A stretch of DNA of 48,367 nucleotides from Bacteroidaceae bacterium (GTDB taxonomy: Bacteria; Actinomycetota; Coriobacteriia; Coriobacteriales; Atopobiaceae). The notes under the pieces are model-generated. The model did no database searches. It saw nothing but the letters and a program-made list of their open reading frames with translations, and had not been told where the DNA came from. Position 1 is the stretch's first letter; each line of letters begins with the position of its first letter. Shown here in pieces: positions 37,601-44,515 of this stretch. A program made the position numbers and the translations under genes. The stretch is taken from NCBI GenBank assembly GCA_963658035.1, contig CAVKOL010000002.1, forward strand, positions 1-48,367. The letters are read 5' to 3'.

Positions 37601-40600
37601 GGGCGTTGTTCGACGAGGCCAGCGTGTTCTTCGAGTCAAACTGACCGTCGTACGTCCAACCCTCGATCGAGACGGACGCGTTGAACTCGGAAGCATCCTT
37701 CTTCGTAATCTCAAGGGTGCCGAGCTGGTCCTCGCCACGAGTGTAGTTGGAGCTCTTGGTGTTCTCGCCCCAAGCGATTTCGCCGGTCACAGCGTTCGAG
37801 GTCGAGGCGGTGACATCCGGACCAATCGTGGTAGCCGTCGCAGTAGCGGACTCGCCGGAGACAAGTCCCTCCACCGTCGCGGTGCCAACAAGCTCCGCGC
37901 CGTCATACGCCTTGGAATCAGTGTTGGTCTTTACGTAATAGGTCTTGGGGGCAATCTTGATGGTTGCGTCGGCAGTCAAAGTGGTGGTCACGCCGCCAAC
38001 AGTGACGTCCTGCTTAACCTTTACGGGATACTCGCCCGCGTCAGTATAGGTCGGCGCAGTCGTGTTCCAAGTGGCGCCACCATCGGTTGAGTACTGAACC
38101 GCACCCGCATCAATGAGCTTCTTGGCCTGCTCGACATACTTGGAATCAAGACCCGTGTTGTCGTTGATGCTGATATCAACGCTTACGCCATGGCTGGCGC
38201 CATCATAGGTGCCCTCATAGCCCGTAGCAGAGAGGCTTGCCCACAACGCATCAAGCGTGTAGGTCTGGTCCTTACTATATATATAAGTGACGGTCTCGCC
38301 CGCCGTACGAATCGCGGCAGCCTGGCCATCACGTTCCTTATCCATCCAGCCAATGAAGACGTGGTCCTCGGCAGAAGGAACGCTATCGGTCACCACGAAG
38401 GTGTCGTCCTTCGTGAAGCCGTAGTTGTAGTACCACTTCTGGCTACCCGAGGTCTGAGTCGTGTCAGACGGCGCAGTCCACGAAGCGCCGCCGAGCACCA
38501 GGTTGTAACCAGCCTTGCCGGCCTTCTTCTTGTACGTAAGAGTAATGACGTTGCTCGAGTCATTGCTGGTAATCTTCAGCGCAGACGTGCTGGCCTTGCT
38601 GTAGGAGTAACCAGCGATCGTGGGCTTCTCGATTTCGGAGACCTTAATCTCGTCGTTGACCTTGCAGCCCGAGACAGTCTTAGGCTCGGCAATCTCGTTG
38701 CTGCTCTCGTCTACATACTTAATGGTGTACTTGCTGTACTGAGTAAAGGTCCAGGCACCGGTGAAGGTGATCGTCTCGCCCTTGCGGCTCGTTGTAACGG
38801 AATCTTTGTCCCACCCGGCAAAAGTCCAGTAGCCGTTGTTGGCCGCGTCCTCGTAAACGGTCTGCGTGGGGCTCTTTGCCTTTACGGTCTTATTCGCCTG
38901 ATAAGTGCTCTTGTCAACCGGCAGGTAGCTATTGATCGCTCCGGGAAGGCTCATGGCCGAAGTCCCGGAAACAAACTGATACTGCACGTCGGTCTTGGGA
39001 GCAATATTGCACGTAGCGGTAGCCGTCTTGGTAACCGTGGCACCCGAGGCGATATCGCCAGAGGTAATGGTATAGGTGCCCGTATAGGTCGAAGTCGCGT
39101 TTACCGTAAGCACCACGCTGCCACGGTTGCAGTCAGCGTCGGTGGCCGTATAGTGAACGGTTCCCGTAAAGGTACCGTCGGTGTTCTGGGTCAAGTTCTC
39201 GACATCTACGGAAGTGCCGTTGATGTCTGCGCTGTTTACATGCACGCCAGTAACGGTGTCCTTGCCGCTGCCGGTGGTCTTGGGGGTAATGGTGACGGTG
39301 AACGTAAGTTCATCGCCGGCAGCCACGTTATTGGTACGATCGCTTACCGCGGTCACAGTCATATCAGGCGACTTCGCGCTGACGGTAAAGTTCTGGCTCA
39401 TGCTCGACTGGGGGCCTCGGTAATAACCAAAGGCCGCAACATAGCCCGCGGCCTTGGCGGCGGCCATAACCGTCGAAAGCCCGGGATAGCTAGCGATGTT
39501 GCCCCAGTTGGTGCCGTCAACTGCGTACATATCGCCATTACCCGAAGCATTAAGACCGGTAACTATATAGTTGTCGTTTGGCTTAACAAAGAAGACGATG
39601 TAGCCGGACTCGCTCGACGTGGTGTAGTTGTTAACGGTAAAGCTGCTGGTAGCGGGAGTGAACGCGACGTTGCTCACGTCGCTCGAGTTGTGCCAATTGA
39701 AGTACACGACGTCAGCGTTCTCGATAGTCGTGGTAAAGGTCGCGTTGTACTTGCCCGTGGTCGAATCGGTCTTAGTGACCTGAACCGTCTTCTTTGCAAC
39801 CTCGGTATCATACGTGGCGATGACCTCAACGGTGCCTTCCGCCACGCCGGTCAAAACACCGTTGCTGTCGATAGTGGCAATGCTCGGATCCGAAGTGGTC
39901 CAAGTCACATCGCCAGAGAAGCCAGTTGCAACATAGGGCGCAAGCTTACCAACCTCAAGGGTGTCGTTACCGGTAACGGCAAGTTCCTTGACCTCGGACT
40001 TCTTGAGCACGTGAATGGTATAGGTCTCGGTGTTGGTTTTCTGGTTCCAACCGCTGCCCGTTGTATAGGTGTGCGTGACCGTGGTCGAGCCGACCTTCAC
40101 GCCGGTAACGGTCGCCGAGCTACCCGAAGAAGCAAGCGTTGCAACGCCGCTATCGGAGTTGGCCCAGCTGTGGTTCCTGTTGCCCGAACCGGCAAGGTCA
40201 ATGGACTCGCCAACGTAGATGTACTTCTCGTAGGTAGTATCCTCGCCCTTTTGGTCGGGAATCTCGATGGTCTCGTCAGAGCTGCTCGCGTAAATGTAGC
40301 CGCTGTACGCCTTGACCACGGCAGTGTATACGCCGTCCTGAGTAAAGTCGGAATCGTCGTGATAGTACTGACTTGCGTTGAGCTTTACGCCGTCGCGGTA
40401 GTACTCGATGGGCAGCATGCTTCCGCTGAGAACCGAAGAGTCGATGACCTCGTTGGTCTCAGAGTCGATAAGCGTAGGAACCCACCAGTGGCTCTCTCCC
40501 ACCGTGACGGGGGAAGGATCCTGGATGTAGAAGCTGCGCTTCTTCACCGTAACGGTATACGTAAGCGCCTGGTCGTTCGAATGAGAAGCGCCGTCCTTGT

Positions 40601-41555
40601 CGACGTAAGAGCACGAAACCGTGTAGTCCTTGCTCACGCCATCGAAGCTCGCGACATAGCTGGCGGTAATGGAAAGCGTAGCAGACAGGCCATCCTCAGA
40701 AGCGACAGGCTGGTCGTGGGAGTCGCTGTACCAACCGGTTGCCTTGCTTCCTTCGGGCCCGTTGAACGTCAGCGTGATGGAGTCGCCCATCGTGACTTCG
40801 GTGGGACCAGAGATGGAATACTCGGCAGAGGCGGTCTCGGTGGCGGAACCGTCGGCGCCCTCGTCGCTGTTCTCATCATTATTAATAACAGTGGCGTCGT
40901 CGACGGTGACGGCGGCGGGGGTCTGGGCGGCGGCCGCGTCGGCGGGCTTCTCGGACTCGACGTAGAGGGTCACGCCCTGGGCGATGTCCGCAGCAGAGAT
41001 GGTGTAGGTGCCGTTAGCGTCGGCGTCGAGCTCCTTGCGGTCGGAGCCGTTGACCGAGATGCTGACCTCGGCGAGCTGGTAATCGGTGTTGGCAGCAGCG
41101 GTGAACATGAAGTCATCGGAGGTGGGAACCGTGACCTTGCTCGTGGGGGCTGCGATCACCTGGTTGGCGTAGGTGATGGTGGAGTTGGAGAGCTCGAGGG
41201 CGATATCGGCCTCGGTAGCGTCCTGGGCATCGGCGGCCGGCTGCTCGACGGCTTCGGCGGTCTTCTCGTCTACAGAGTCGTCCTCGGCGGGAGCCTGCGC
41301 GTCGACCGCGGACTCGGTCGTCTCGACAGACTCCTGGTTATCGACGGCCCCTTCGGCATCGTCTTCGACCTGGTCCTGGACCTGCTCGACGGCCTCTTCC
41401 TGCGCGGCAGTGAGCTCCTTTTGGACCTCGGCCAGGGCGCCGGTAGGCCACATGGACCAAACCAACAGCGCCGAAGCGGCGACAGAGGCAATCTTGTGGC
41501 TCAGCGGGTGCTCGCTGGCACGGCGCTTTGCGCTTGCGTTGTTCTTGACACTCAT
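25689..41555 (-). CDS. Giant (about 5,288 aa) repetitive cell-surface protein/adhesin: Big_2-like, SHIRT/MucBP-like, many MBG-like and DUF11/DUF7507-like Ig repeats, Pro/Thr linker, C-terminal TM
   Basis: AGAGGTGG RBS before ATG at 41555; signal peptide ending ALA; repeats 'TSGSATKxYDGTAL...GSQTxxGxSxN', 'V(T/K)NxGNV', 'ITGKGNYSG'; C-terminal hydrophobic helix and basic tail. Confidence 0.92.
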   Translation of the reverse strand: MSVKNNASAKRRASEHPLSHKIASVAASALLVWSMWPTGALAEVQKELTAAQEEAVEQVQDQVEDDAEGAVDNQESVETTESAVDAQAPAEDDSVDEKTAEAVEQPAADAQDATEADIALELSNSTITYANQVIAAPTSKVTVPTSDDFMFTAAANTDYQLAEVSISVNGSDRKELDADANGTYTISAADIAQGVTLYVESEKPADAAAAQTPAAVTVDDATVINNDENSDEGADGSATETASAEYSISGPTEVTMGDSITLTFNGPEGSKATGWYSDSHDQPVASEDGLSATLSITASYVASFDGVSKDYTVSCSYVDKDGASHSNDQALTYTVTVKKRSFYIQDPSPVTVGESHWWVPTLIDSETNEVIDSSVLSGSMLPIEYYRDGVKLNASQYYHDDSDFTQDGVYTAVVKAYSGYIYASSSDETIEIPDQKGEDTTYEKYIYVGESIDLAGSGNRNHSWANSDSGVATLASSGSSATVTGVKVGSTTVTHTYTTGSGWNQKTNTETYTIHVLKKSEVKELAVTGNDTLEVGKLAPYVATGFSGDVTWTTSDPSIATIDSNGVLTGVAEGTVEVIATYDTEVAKKTVQVTKTDSTTGKYNATFTTTIENADVVYFNWHNSSDVSNVAFTPATSSFTVNNYTTSSESGYIVFFVKPNDNYIVTGLNASGNGDMYAVDGTNWGNIASYPGLSTVMAAAKAAGYVAAFGYYRGPQSSMSQNFTVSAKSPDMTVTAVSDRTNNVAAGDELTFTVTITPKTTGSGKDTVTGVHVNSADINGTSVDVENLTQNTDGTFTGTVHYTATDADCNRGSVVLTVNATSTYTGTYTITSGDIASGATVTKTATATCNIAPKTDVQYQFVSGTSAMSLPGAINSYLPVDKSTYQANKTVKAKSPTQTVYEDAANNGYWTFAGWDKDSVTTSRKGETITFTGAWTFTQYSKYTIKYVDESSNEIAEPKTVSGCKVNDEIKVSEIEKPTIAGYSYSKASTSALKITSNDSSNVITLTYKKKAGKAGYNLVLGGASWTAPSDTTQTSGSQKWYYNYGFTKDDTFVVTDSVPSAEDHVFIGWMDKERDGQAAAIRTAGETVTYIYSKDQTYTLDALWASLSATGYEGTYDGASHGVSVDISINDNTGLDSKYVEQAKKLIDAGAVQYSTDGGATWNTTAPTYTDAGEYPVKVKQDVTVGGVTTTLTADATIKIAPKTYYVKTNTDSKAYDGAELVGTATVEGLVSGESATATATTIGPDVTASTSNAVTGEIAWGENTKSSNYTRGEDQLGTLEITKKDASEFNASVSIEGWTYDGQFDSKNTLASSNNAHSDQATYTYYKKNGSEWEALDAAPVNAGDYKVVATWAATKNYPELSAEKEFTISKAEITVTGSFSTEYTGQEQTKYIYAEDGKNVEGVTVTGVVTGETLKLWDCPISGTDAGVYTKDNAGLSGYQWSVAKSGADSTDNYTISVSATLTITKKDGLTVNATGYSGSYDAQAHSGSVTVNVTEGTTVEYSTDGGKTWTANAPSVTDVVRAADGTVSKVDVKVRAYNSNYTNSDAEHAATAEYSLQVNPLNITVDDSTNVTYNGQEQALELTAAKATGLLAGETLTLEGAKVAGTAASTTPYTQVSNYTWSVAKADGITDSTGNYNISVSGSLTINAKTLTNDMSVNDPSNTVYDGREHKWAPVVKDGETTLVEGTDYEVSFNDRTDFTNVDGTITVTITGKGNYSGSITKTYEITKRPVTLTSGSATKDYDGTALTNDQVTATAYDAEKNEGFVGEQGFTAATTGSQTNAGTSKNAFTYELNEGTSATNYSITTVEGDLTVNKLSAANLNLAGADVTAVYDANSHSAGTASAAPKDNEGNDLTDDVTIEYQLASDPYGDWYSDPSSIKQTNATTEPVVVNIRATSPNFDGTATATETITITKRPVQVKTKSATKVYDGTALTTKNDWDGYDVLPHLNGGIVYDDYVLGSDGYPVIECTGSQTEVGSSTNTIEYQIKADRLSNYEISEPVLGTLTVTAQSINPEDGDSYTGATVNEPSDVVYNGAAQKWAPTVKSAQGTVLTEGVDYGVVYKRSEDATDDFTNTGTITVVITGKGNYSGTVAKTYKITPAPLQVSTPSASKVYDGTPLTAAATADNLTGLVNGETATVNATGSQTDEGSSENGYTIEWGSAQESNYYIQSENKGTLTVTAKSIVPTEDETYTITVDDPSNVTYDGQGHKWVPAVMDGEKTLVEGTDYEVGYGTRTDFTNVDGIITVTITGKGNYSGSFDRTYQINPATLNVVTPSDSKSYDGQPLTAAGSISGFVNNETTVFSTTGSQTKTGSSTNTYEIEWTGTAKQGNYTVSEQLGTLTVTESSNVVVVTTTGYTGVYDGKEHGATVTVTNLPAGYTVEAASSAKATDVNGDGITATADTFVIKNTDGVDVTADLKLDKHDGTIKITPATLKVTTPSAKQQYNGSALTAQGKVTGFVDGDYAPFLTTGSQTTVGKSSNTYTIDWAAADSTAKASNYTVEEELGELEVTPNTAAIYVVPAGATKVYDGTALEGEDTTATVMGVPAGFTSSYTLKGSQTDKGQSYVEVDTFKIFNAAGDDVTSNFSGINTEFKGYLNVTARPVTLTSADASKVYDGTALTKHVATASETTEKTGLVSGQSFDYDFYGTQTDEGSSPNAFAAKDSATAKVSNYDITYINGTLEVTKQSIVPGTDEEPNPSYKGVEIDDPIDSKYDAANHQWVPLVEDKDGNALIAGTDYTISYKRDGVETTDFKNVGTITVTITGAGNYTGSVTKEYKITKRQVTLTSDSGNKKYDGKTITRRGVTVSGDGFATGENVSQNYTWYDSNFILPNTEGYVNEFDYVLKDGTLASNYEITKVYGKLIVNKASAEGNITLSVSDKVETYDGNTYTLPAATATVNYNNTAKIEYSLDGVTWTEDPSSFSATNVSDSKVVSVRASSENFDGYVYGTEKLTINKRQVTITSADGDFVYNGEEQKAESASVTSGSFVGEQGVAFYSFSNSVKNVGDSKENEFTYTLKDNTDANNYDIAKVNGSLSVRKDDSSIVVKLTGYEGAYDGDAHEATGSIAGSLPTGFTYEITSNASITNAGETTAKVDAFVIKDKGGNDVTDQFNVDTAATATLKVTPATLTVSTPDAEKEYDGEALTAAGSISGFVKNETATFTTTGSQTYVGESENGYKIDWDGTADKNNYTVAATLGTLKVTEPSDNSKVITKTHTAGTYYLGDTVSFTITAKNIYDTAKTLTITEQEGVSLDQSVFENVAPGASVTATATYTITEADILAGSFKNTATVSFSGTDKTYSAEDTVEADEAAAQLTVEKTTTSKPANGSTYALGEQIAYDVKVTNSGNLTATDVVVEDQLTGATLAEGQSAEVGTLAPGASATVKYVYTVTESDILAGKVLNTATASGKTDGGDPEVVPGEKEDKTESKNGHVTVTKTATSEPADGKAYKLGETISYKIVVTNDGNLTVNNVKVNDANADGFEEQTIASLAPGASAEFDATHVVTEADVRAGSVVNEATATGTSTDPDKPVVPVEPGTDTEPTDTPAAALTVTKAAEQNGTAADGAFKLGETINYSITVKNTGNQTVTNITVTDPNADNFGEKTVDSLEPGQSATFTATHKVTEADILAGTMVNTATAKGTDPSGNDVDGKGSDTKTIDELNTTLDVEKTASAPANGKAYERGEEVTYTITVTNKGNVAYNNVKVVDPKTGLNEIIETLAVDEEKQFTTTHVISEADIVVGTYANTATATADAVTDPKTDTPVTPSGEDTEVIGGDEGDYPIDNGRADLVVSKIVTNRGTGENGAFKLGETIEYEITVTNNGNLTAKNFQVVDDNADGFAPVTVASLAPGATTTAIAASHKVISADILNGDVLNIATTTGGTTDDPKVVPTPEDGTVETDVDDVDATLEVTKTAKASASGSYKLGETVEYTITVTNKGNVPYYNVKVNDAQTGLYENIAELVVGESKEFTTTHVITESDIVAGSYKNTVTAQGDDVPNPKDPESPRVPYGEDSETIGGKDSDKPIDNANPKLVVTKSSDVAEGTLLKEGDVVSYTVTATNAGNLTLTNVVVIDELEGAVLTAGESSAIASLAPGASATLHYSYVVTQADVVAGKVANTATATADNPSDKQTDVTPGETTDPTESASASLYIEKTADKTEGVKAGDVITYTVTATNNGNVDLTGVTVTDELTGFTSDSVDIAKGDYATFTTTYTVTEADMVAGKVVNVATATATDPSGNNVPGQGETTSTTEDIDGRLTVEKTAAVGSYAAGDVVKYIIKVTNEGNVTVSGITVADAKTGLNESGVTLGVNESREFTTTYVVTDADIAAGKVENLATANGTDPAGNPVHGEDTCTVDNHKQTDPDNPDDPTLKRTFTVADPDDVTYNGDSQKQKPAVKDADGNDLVEGVDYDLTYTQDTTNTGTVTVTVTGKGNYTGAGTATYQILPATLTVVTPDRTKTYDGQALLAPGSYSGLVKGETIGFATTGSQTQVGSSANTYSIEWANAGILGIGGNGYTAKQSNYTVVEKIGTLTVTDDVDDNVVVTKTHEAGTYGLGDTVTYTITAKNIYDTAKTVTFGEIEGALLEQSVFENVRPGETVTTTATYTIQEKDILAGEFTNTATVTFSGIDKTYDADDKTNVDDANPQLTVTKTSDVAADTLLKEGDVVNYTVTVKNTGNVTINNVNVNDQLDGVVLAQGETAQIASLLPGEYKELHYTYTVTQADVVAGKVVNTATATGDNPVDPVDPTPVTPGTHEDHTEKAAPSFYIVKSDGGVTDVKAGDVIDYTLTVVNNGNVDLTGVVVTDDLTGLVSDAFDLARGESKVIPTSYTVTEADMVAGKVVNVATGTATDPSGNKVTGDEGRTDTTTEAVSNDLVVEKTAAAGSYAAGDVVKYTIKVTNKGNVSVSGITVADAKTGFSQSDVTLAVGESREFYTTYTVTDADIAAGSVSNRATADGTDPAGNPVHGEDTNTVDNHKQADPDNPDDSTLKRTFTIEDPEDVTYNGREQQQKPTVKDADGNELVEGVDYELVYSEDTTNAGTVTVTVKGKGNYTGELDATYQIRPAVLTVITGSATKPYDGSALTSSELTLSGLVGNDYVVASTTGSQTELGTSVNGYQIDWRGAKASNYTIVEELGSLTVTEAVPTPTPTPDNNGGDTTPTDGGTTPTPAPAPVTPATTVDELPAPLDTVVEALETVAETVTGESADDEVIYDEANPLGTTQRSCWVHFWMFVGMVVTAIYGLAVWLHRTNHTRKLRKNMNDLLGGNDDEGTSPVDATKTAGMEA
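26150..29480. repeat. Internal tandem duplication (about 1.5 kb homologous blocks, 1,851-bp offset) in the giant gene
   Basis: 26542-26739 and 28393-28590 are near-identical ('GTDPAGNPVHGEDT..VDNHKQ.DPDNPDD.TLKRTFT'); boundaries approximate. Confidence 0.85.
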
Positions 41556-41875
41556 ATAACCCACCTCTTAGTCCGTTGCGAGCGTGCCCGCAATCGACCA
41601 GCTTTTGCGATACGAACCTTTGCCGGGCAAAATCTATAGACTTCTCCCATTAAAGATAGTTATGAATAATATTACCGCAATATGGAGGGGGTATACAGCT
41701 GAATATGCCCTTAACCAAGAACTTAACGCCCAGGTCACAAAGGGTGGGGTGCAACAAAATAGCGGGCCTAGATAGGTTTATTCCATCCGGGCCCTACGCT
41801 CTTATTTAGACCATCGATTCCATGTCCCGGTTCTTATGCCTTCCAAAAGACCAGGGGATTGCTCTATGGGACTTT

Positions 41876-41949
41876 TTGCTTCCGCTAATTTGAATTAACG
41901 GAAGCAAATTGTGGTTCGCTTCCGTTAAGATTGGTCTAACGGAAGCGAA
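41876..41949. promoter_or_regulatory. Two tandem palindromes upstream of fic (candidate operators)
   Basis: TTGCTTCCGCTAA-N6-TTAACGGAAGCAA (41876-41907) and TTCGCTTCCGTTA-N9-TAACGGAAGCGAA (41915-41949). Confidence 0.7.
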
Positions 41950-41967
41950 TTTGCTTTGGAGGCGCCC

Positions 41968-43164
41968 ATGGATGCCCAGTGGCCAGCCATTACAACTGAA
42001 ATTCTTCCTTGGCATTTGGACGCCGACGAGCTGGACGACATCCCGCGGAGCCGAAGGCGCAAGATTGGGTCCACCTACGAAGCGGCGGTTCCGCTGCATA
42101 TTGCCGAGTTGCCACTTGAGGTTCCAGCCGAGCTAATCACGCACATCGAGGCGCTTGTGAGCGACCTCTCGCGGTTTGATGCCCTGCAGGCCGAACGGGG
42201 GTACAACCTGCCTGCGCTCTTGTTGCGAAGCGAATCTGCCGCAAGCTCGCAGATCGAGAACCTTACCTCCAGCGTGCGCAACGTGGCGTTGGCCGAGGTC
42301 AGCGGCGACGGCCCGCAGAACGCCCTACTCATCATGGGCAACCTTGCGGCAATGAAAGAAGCGCTGGCTTTTGACGGGGAGGTCAGCATCCCCGCCATCC
42401 TCGAGATTCACCGCGCACTGATTACCCGTGGGGGCATGACGTTTGGTGGGCAGCTGCGCGACCAACAGGTTTGGATCGGGGGCAATGCATACAGCCCACA
42501 CGGCGCCCTGTATGTTCCGCCCGCGCACCAACACGTTCCCGAGCTTCTCGAAGACTTGGTGGCCTTTGCGCGCCGCGAGGATATTGGTGCTGTGACGAAG
42601 GCCGCTCTTGTGCATGCACAACTTGAGACGATTCACCCGTTTATCGACGGTAACGGCAGGACTGGTCGCACGCTTCTGCATAAGATTTTAAAAGATGAAG
42701 GAGTGCTGCGACAGACGGCGGTGCCTGTCTCGGCGGGGCTGCTGCATGATGTCGACAGCTATATGGACTCGCTTGAGGAATTTCAGAAGGGTAACCCCGT
42801 TGCCGTGATTGAGCAGCTGGTTGATGCGCTTGAGCTTGCGCTGGCCATTGGCTCGAGAACCGCCGCGCAAATTGATAAGGTTATGGCCGGTTGGAACGAC
42901 GTCATTACCGAAAGGGCGGGATCGAGTATTAGGCGGCTACCGCAGCTGCTGGCAGAGCAGCCGGTGGTTAACTCGGCCTACGTCGCGGATGGCCTCTCGA
43001 TTACTACGCGCGCGGCAACGAGTTTAATCACGCGGGCCTGTGAGTACGGAATCTTGCGACCCATGGGTAACCGCCGCCGCGGGGAGTTTTACCAGGCAGA
43101 CGCCATCATCGATGTCCTGGAAGAGATTTCCAGCGAAACCGGGATTCGCCGGATGTTCTCGTAG
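41968..43164 (+). CDS. Fic family protein (class II-like) with a C-terminal wHTH-like region
   Basis: Canonical HPFIDGNGRTGR motif; N-terminal inhibitory-type motif 'SSQIEN'; GGAGG RBS; lower GC3 than neighbours. Confidence 0.93.
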   Translation: MDAQWPAITTEILPWHLDADELDDIPRSRRRKIGSTYEAAVPLHIAELPLEVPAELITHIEALVSDLSRFDALQAERGYNLPALLLRSESAASSQIENLTSSVRNVALAEVSGDGPQNALLIMGNLAAMKEALAFDGEVSIPAILEIHRALITRGGMTFGGQLRDQQVWIGGNAYSPHGALYVPPAHQHVPELLEDLVAFARREDIGAVTKAALVHAQLETIHPFIDGNGRTGRTLLHKILKDEGVLRQTAVPVSAGLLHDVDSYMDSLEEFQKGNPVAVIEQLVDALELALAIGSRTAAQIDKVMAGWNDVITERAGSSIRRLPQLLAEQPVVNSAYVADGLSITTRAATSLITRACEYGILRPMGNRRRGEFYQADAIIDVLEEISSETGIRRMFS

Positions 43165-43183
43165 CCCGGCAAGCATGCGGAGT

Positions 43184-43303
43184 TTTTGCACGACCCGATG
43201 GCGGGTTGGCAGGTAGTTAAACGGATGCCGTTTACGTTTGCGCAGGTAGACGAAGTGCGGGTTTTGGCGGCTACTTGAGAAAACGCGATTGGGTCGTGCA
43301 AAA
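43184..43303. repeat. About 120-bp element with 16-bp inverted ends
   Basis: TTTTGCACGACCCGAT ... ATTGGGTCGTGCAAAA (1 mismatch), between convergent fic and pilT. Confidence 0.7.
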
Positions 43304-43351
43304 GTCAAGGTTGCGCGCGGCGGCAGGGCAAAACGCGGCCGCGCGACACAG

Positions 43352-43391
43352 AAAAGGTGCCCGGGCGCCGCTGCGCGGCGACCGGGCACCT
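43352..43391 (-). terminator. Terminator of the pilus-like operon
   Basis: Minus strand AGGTGCCCGGTCGCCG...CGGCGCCCGGGCACCTTTT. Confidence 0.75.
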
Positions 43392-43420
43392 CGTTTCAAG
43401 CGTAAAACCGCCTGCGAACC

Positions 43421-44494
43421 CTACAGGCCCTCGGACGCAAAGCGTCTCTCGAGCGCCTCGGGATAGTTGGCGTACTGCAGCGCGGTCTCCTTGGACACCT
43501 TGCCCGACTTCGCCACGGCGAAAAGCGCCTGATCCATGGTCTGCATGCCGCTCTTGCCGCCCGCCGCGATCACCGAGTCGATCTGGTAGGTCTTCTCCTC
43601 ACGAATCAGGTTGCGAATGGCCGTGTTCATCGTCATGATCTCGAACACCGGCACGGTGCCGCCGTCGACGGTGGGTACCAGCTGCTGCGCGACCGTTGCC
43701 TGCAGGACCAGCGAAAGCTGGATGCGAATCTGGCGCTGCTGCGTGGCCGGGAAGGCGTCGACAATGCGCTCGACCGTATCGGCCGCGCTGGTGGTGTGCA
43801 GGGTCGAAAGCACCAGCTGGGCCATCTCGGCGGCGGTCACGGCCGCGCCGATCGTCTCGGCGTCGCGCATCTCGCCCAGCATGATGACGTTGGGGCTCTC
43901 GCGCATGGCCGAGCGCAGGGCCTCGGCGTAGGTGGCCACGTCGGTAGGCACCTCGCGCTGGGTAACGATGCAGGTACCATGCTTGTGCACGTACTCGATG
44001 GGGTCCTCCATCGTGATGATGTGGCCGCTGCGCTCGTGGTTCATGCGGTCGATGATGCAGGCCAGGGTGGTCGACTTGCCGCTACCTGCGGGGCCGGTGA
44101 CCAGCACCATGCCCTTGGACACGTTGGCCAGGCGAAGGACGCTCTCGGGGATGTTCTTCTCAACCGGGTCGGGCAGGCCAAACGGAATCACGCGCACAAC
44201 CGCGCCGTACGAGCCGCGCTGGCGGAAAATGTTGGCCCTAAAGCGGCCAACTCCGGGCAGCGCGAACGAGAAATCCTCGTCGTGGTTCTCTTTTGCCTGG
44301 AAATAGGTGATGTCGCGGCCGGCAGTGGCGTAGATCGCGCGGACCATGGCCTCGGTGTCGGCGGGCATGAGGGGGGTCTCGCCAACGCGCACCTGGACGC
44401 CGCTGGACTGATAGGTGAGCGGCAGGCCGGCGATGAAGAAGACGTCGGAGGCCTGGGCCTCGATCATCTGGCTGAGCAAATCCTTGAGTTCCAT
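43421..44494 (-). CDS. pilT: PilT/PilU family type IV pilus ATPase
   Basis: Walker A GPAGSGKST, Asp box TMEDPIE, Walker B MLGEMRD, PilT-specific AIRNLIRE and GMQTMDQ motifs. Confidence 0.93.
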   Translation of the reverse strand: MELKDLLSQMIEAQASDVFFIAGLPLTYQSSGVQVRVGETPLMPADTEAMVRAIYATAGRDITYFQAKENHDEDFSFALPGVGRFRANIFRQRGSYGAVVRVIPFGLPDPVEKNIPESVLRLANVSKGMVLVTGPAGSGKSTTLACIIDRMNHERSGHIITMEDPIEYVHKHGTCIVTQREVPTDVATYAEALRSAMRESPNVIMLGEMRDAETIGAAVTAAEMAQLVLSTLHTTSAADTVERIVDAFPATQQRQIRIQLSLVLQATVAQQLVPTVDGGTVPVFEIMTMNTAIRNLIREEKTYQIDSVIAAGGKSGMQTMDQALFAVAKSGKVSKETALQYANYPEALERRFASEGL

Positions 44495-44515
44495 GAGATT
44501 TCCCTTCTTGGTTTG

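Noticed and set aside
28470..38090. 3,206-aa plus-strand ORF (also 25161-28049 and 38190-41639)
   Set aside because: Antisense shadows of the giant adhesin caused by its codon bias; Val/Gly/Asp/Leu-rich with no recognisable motifs
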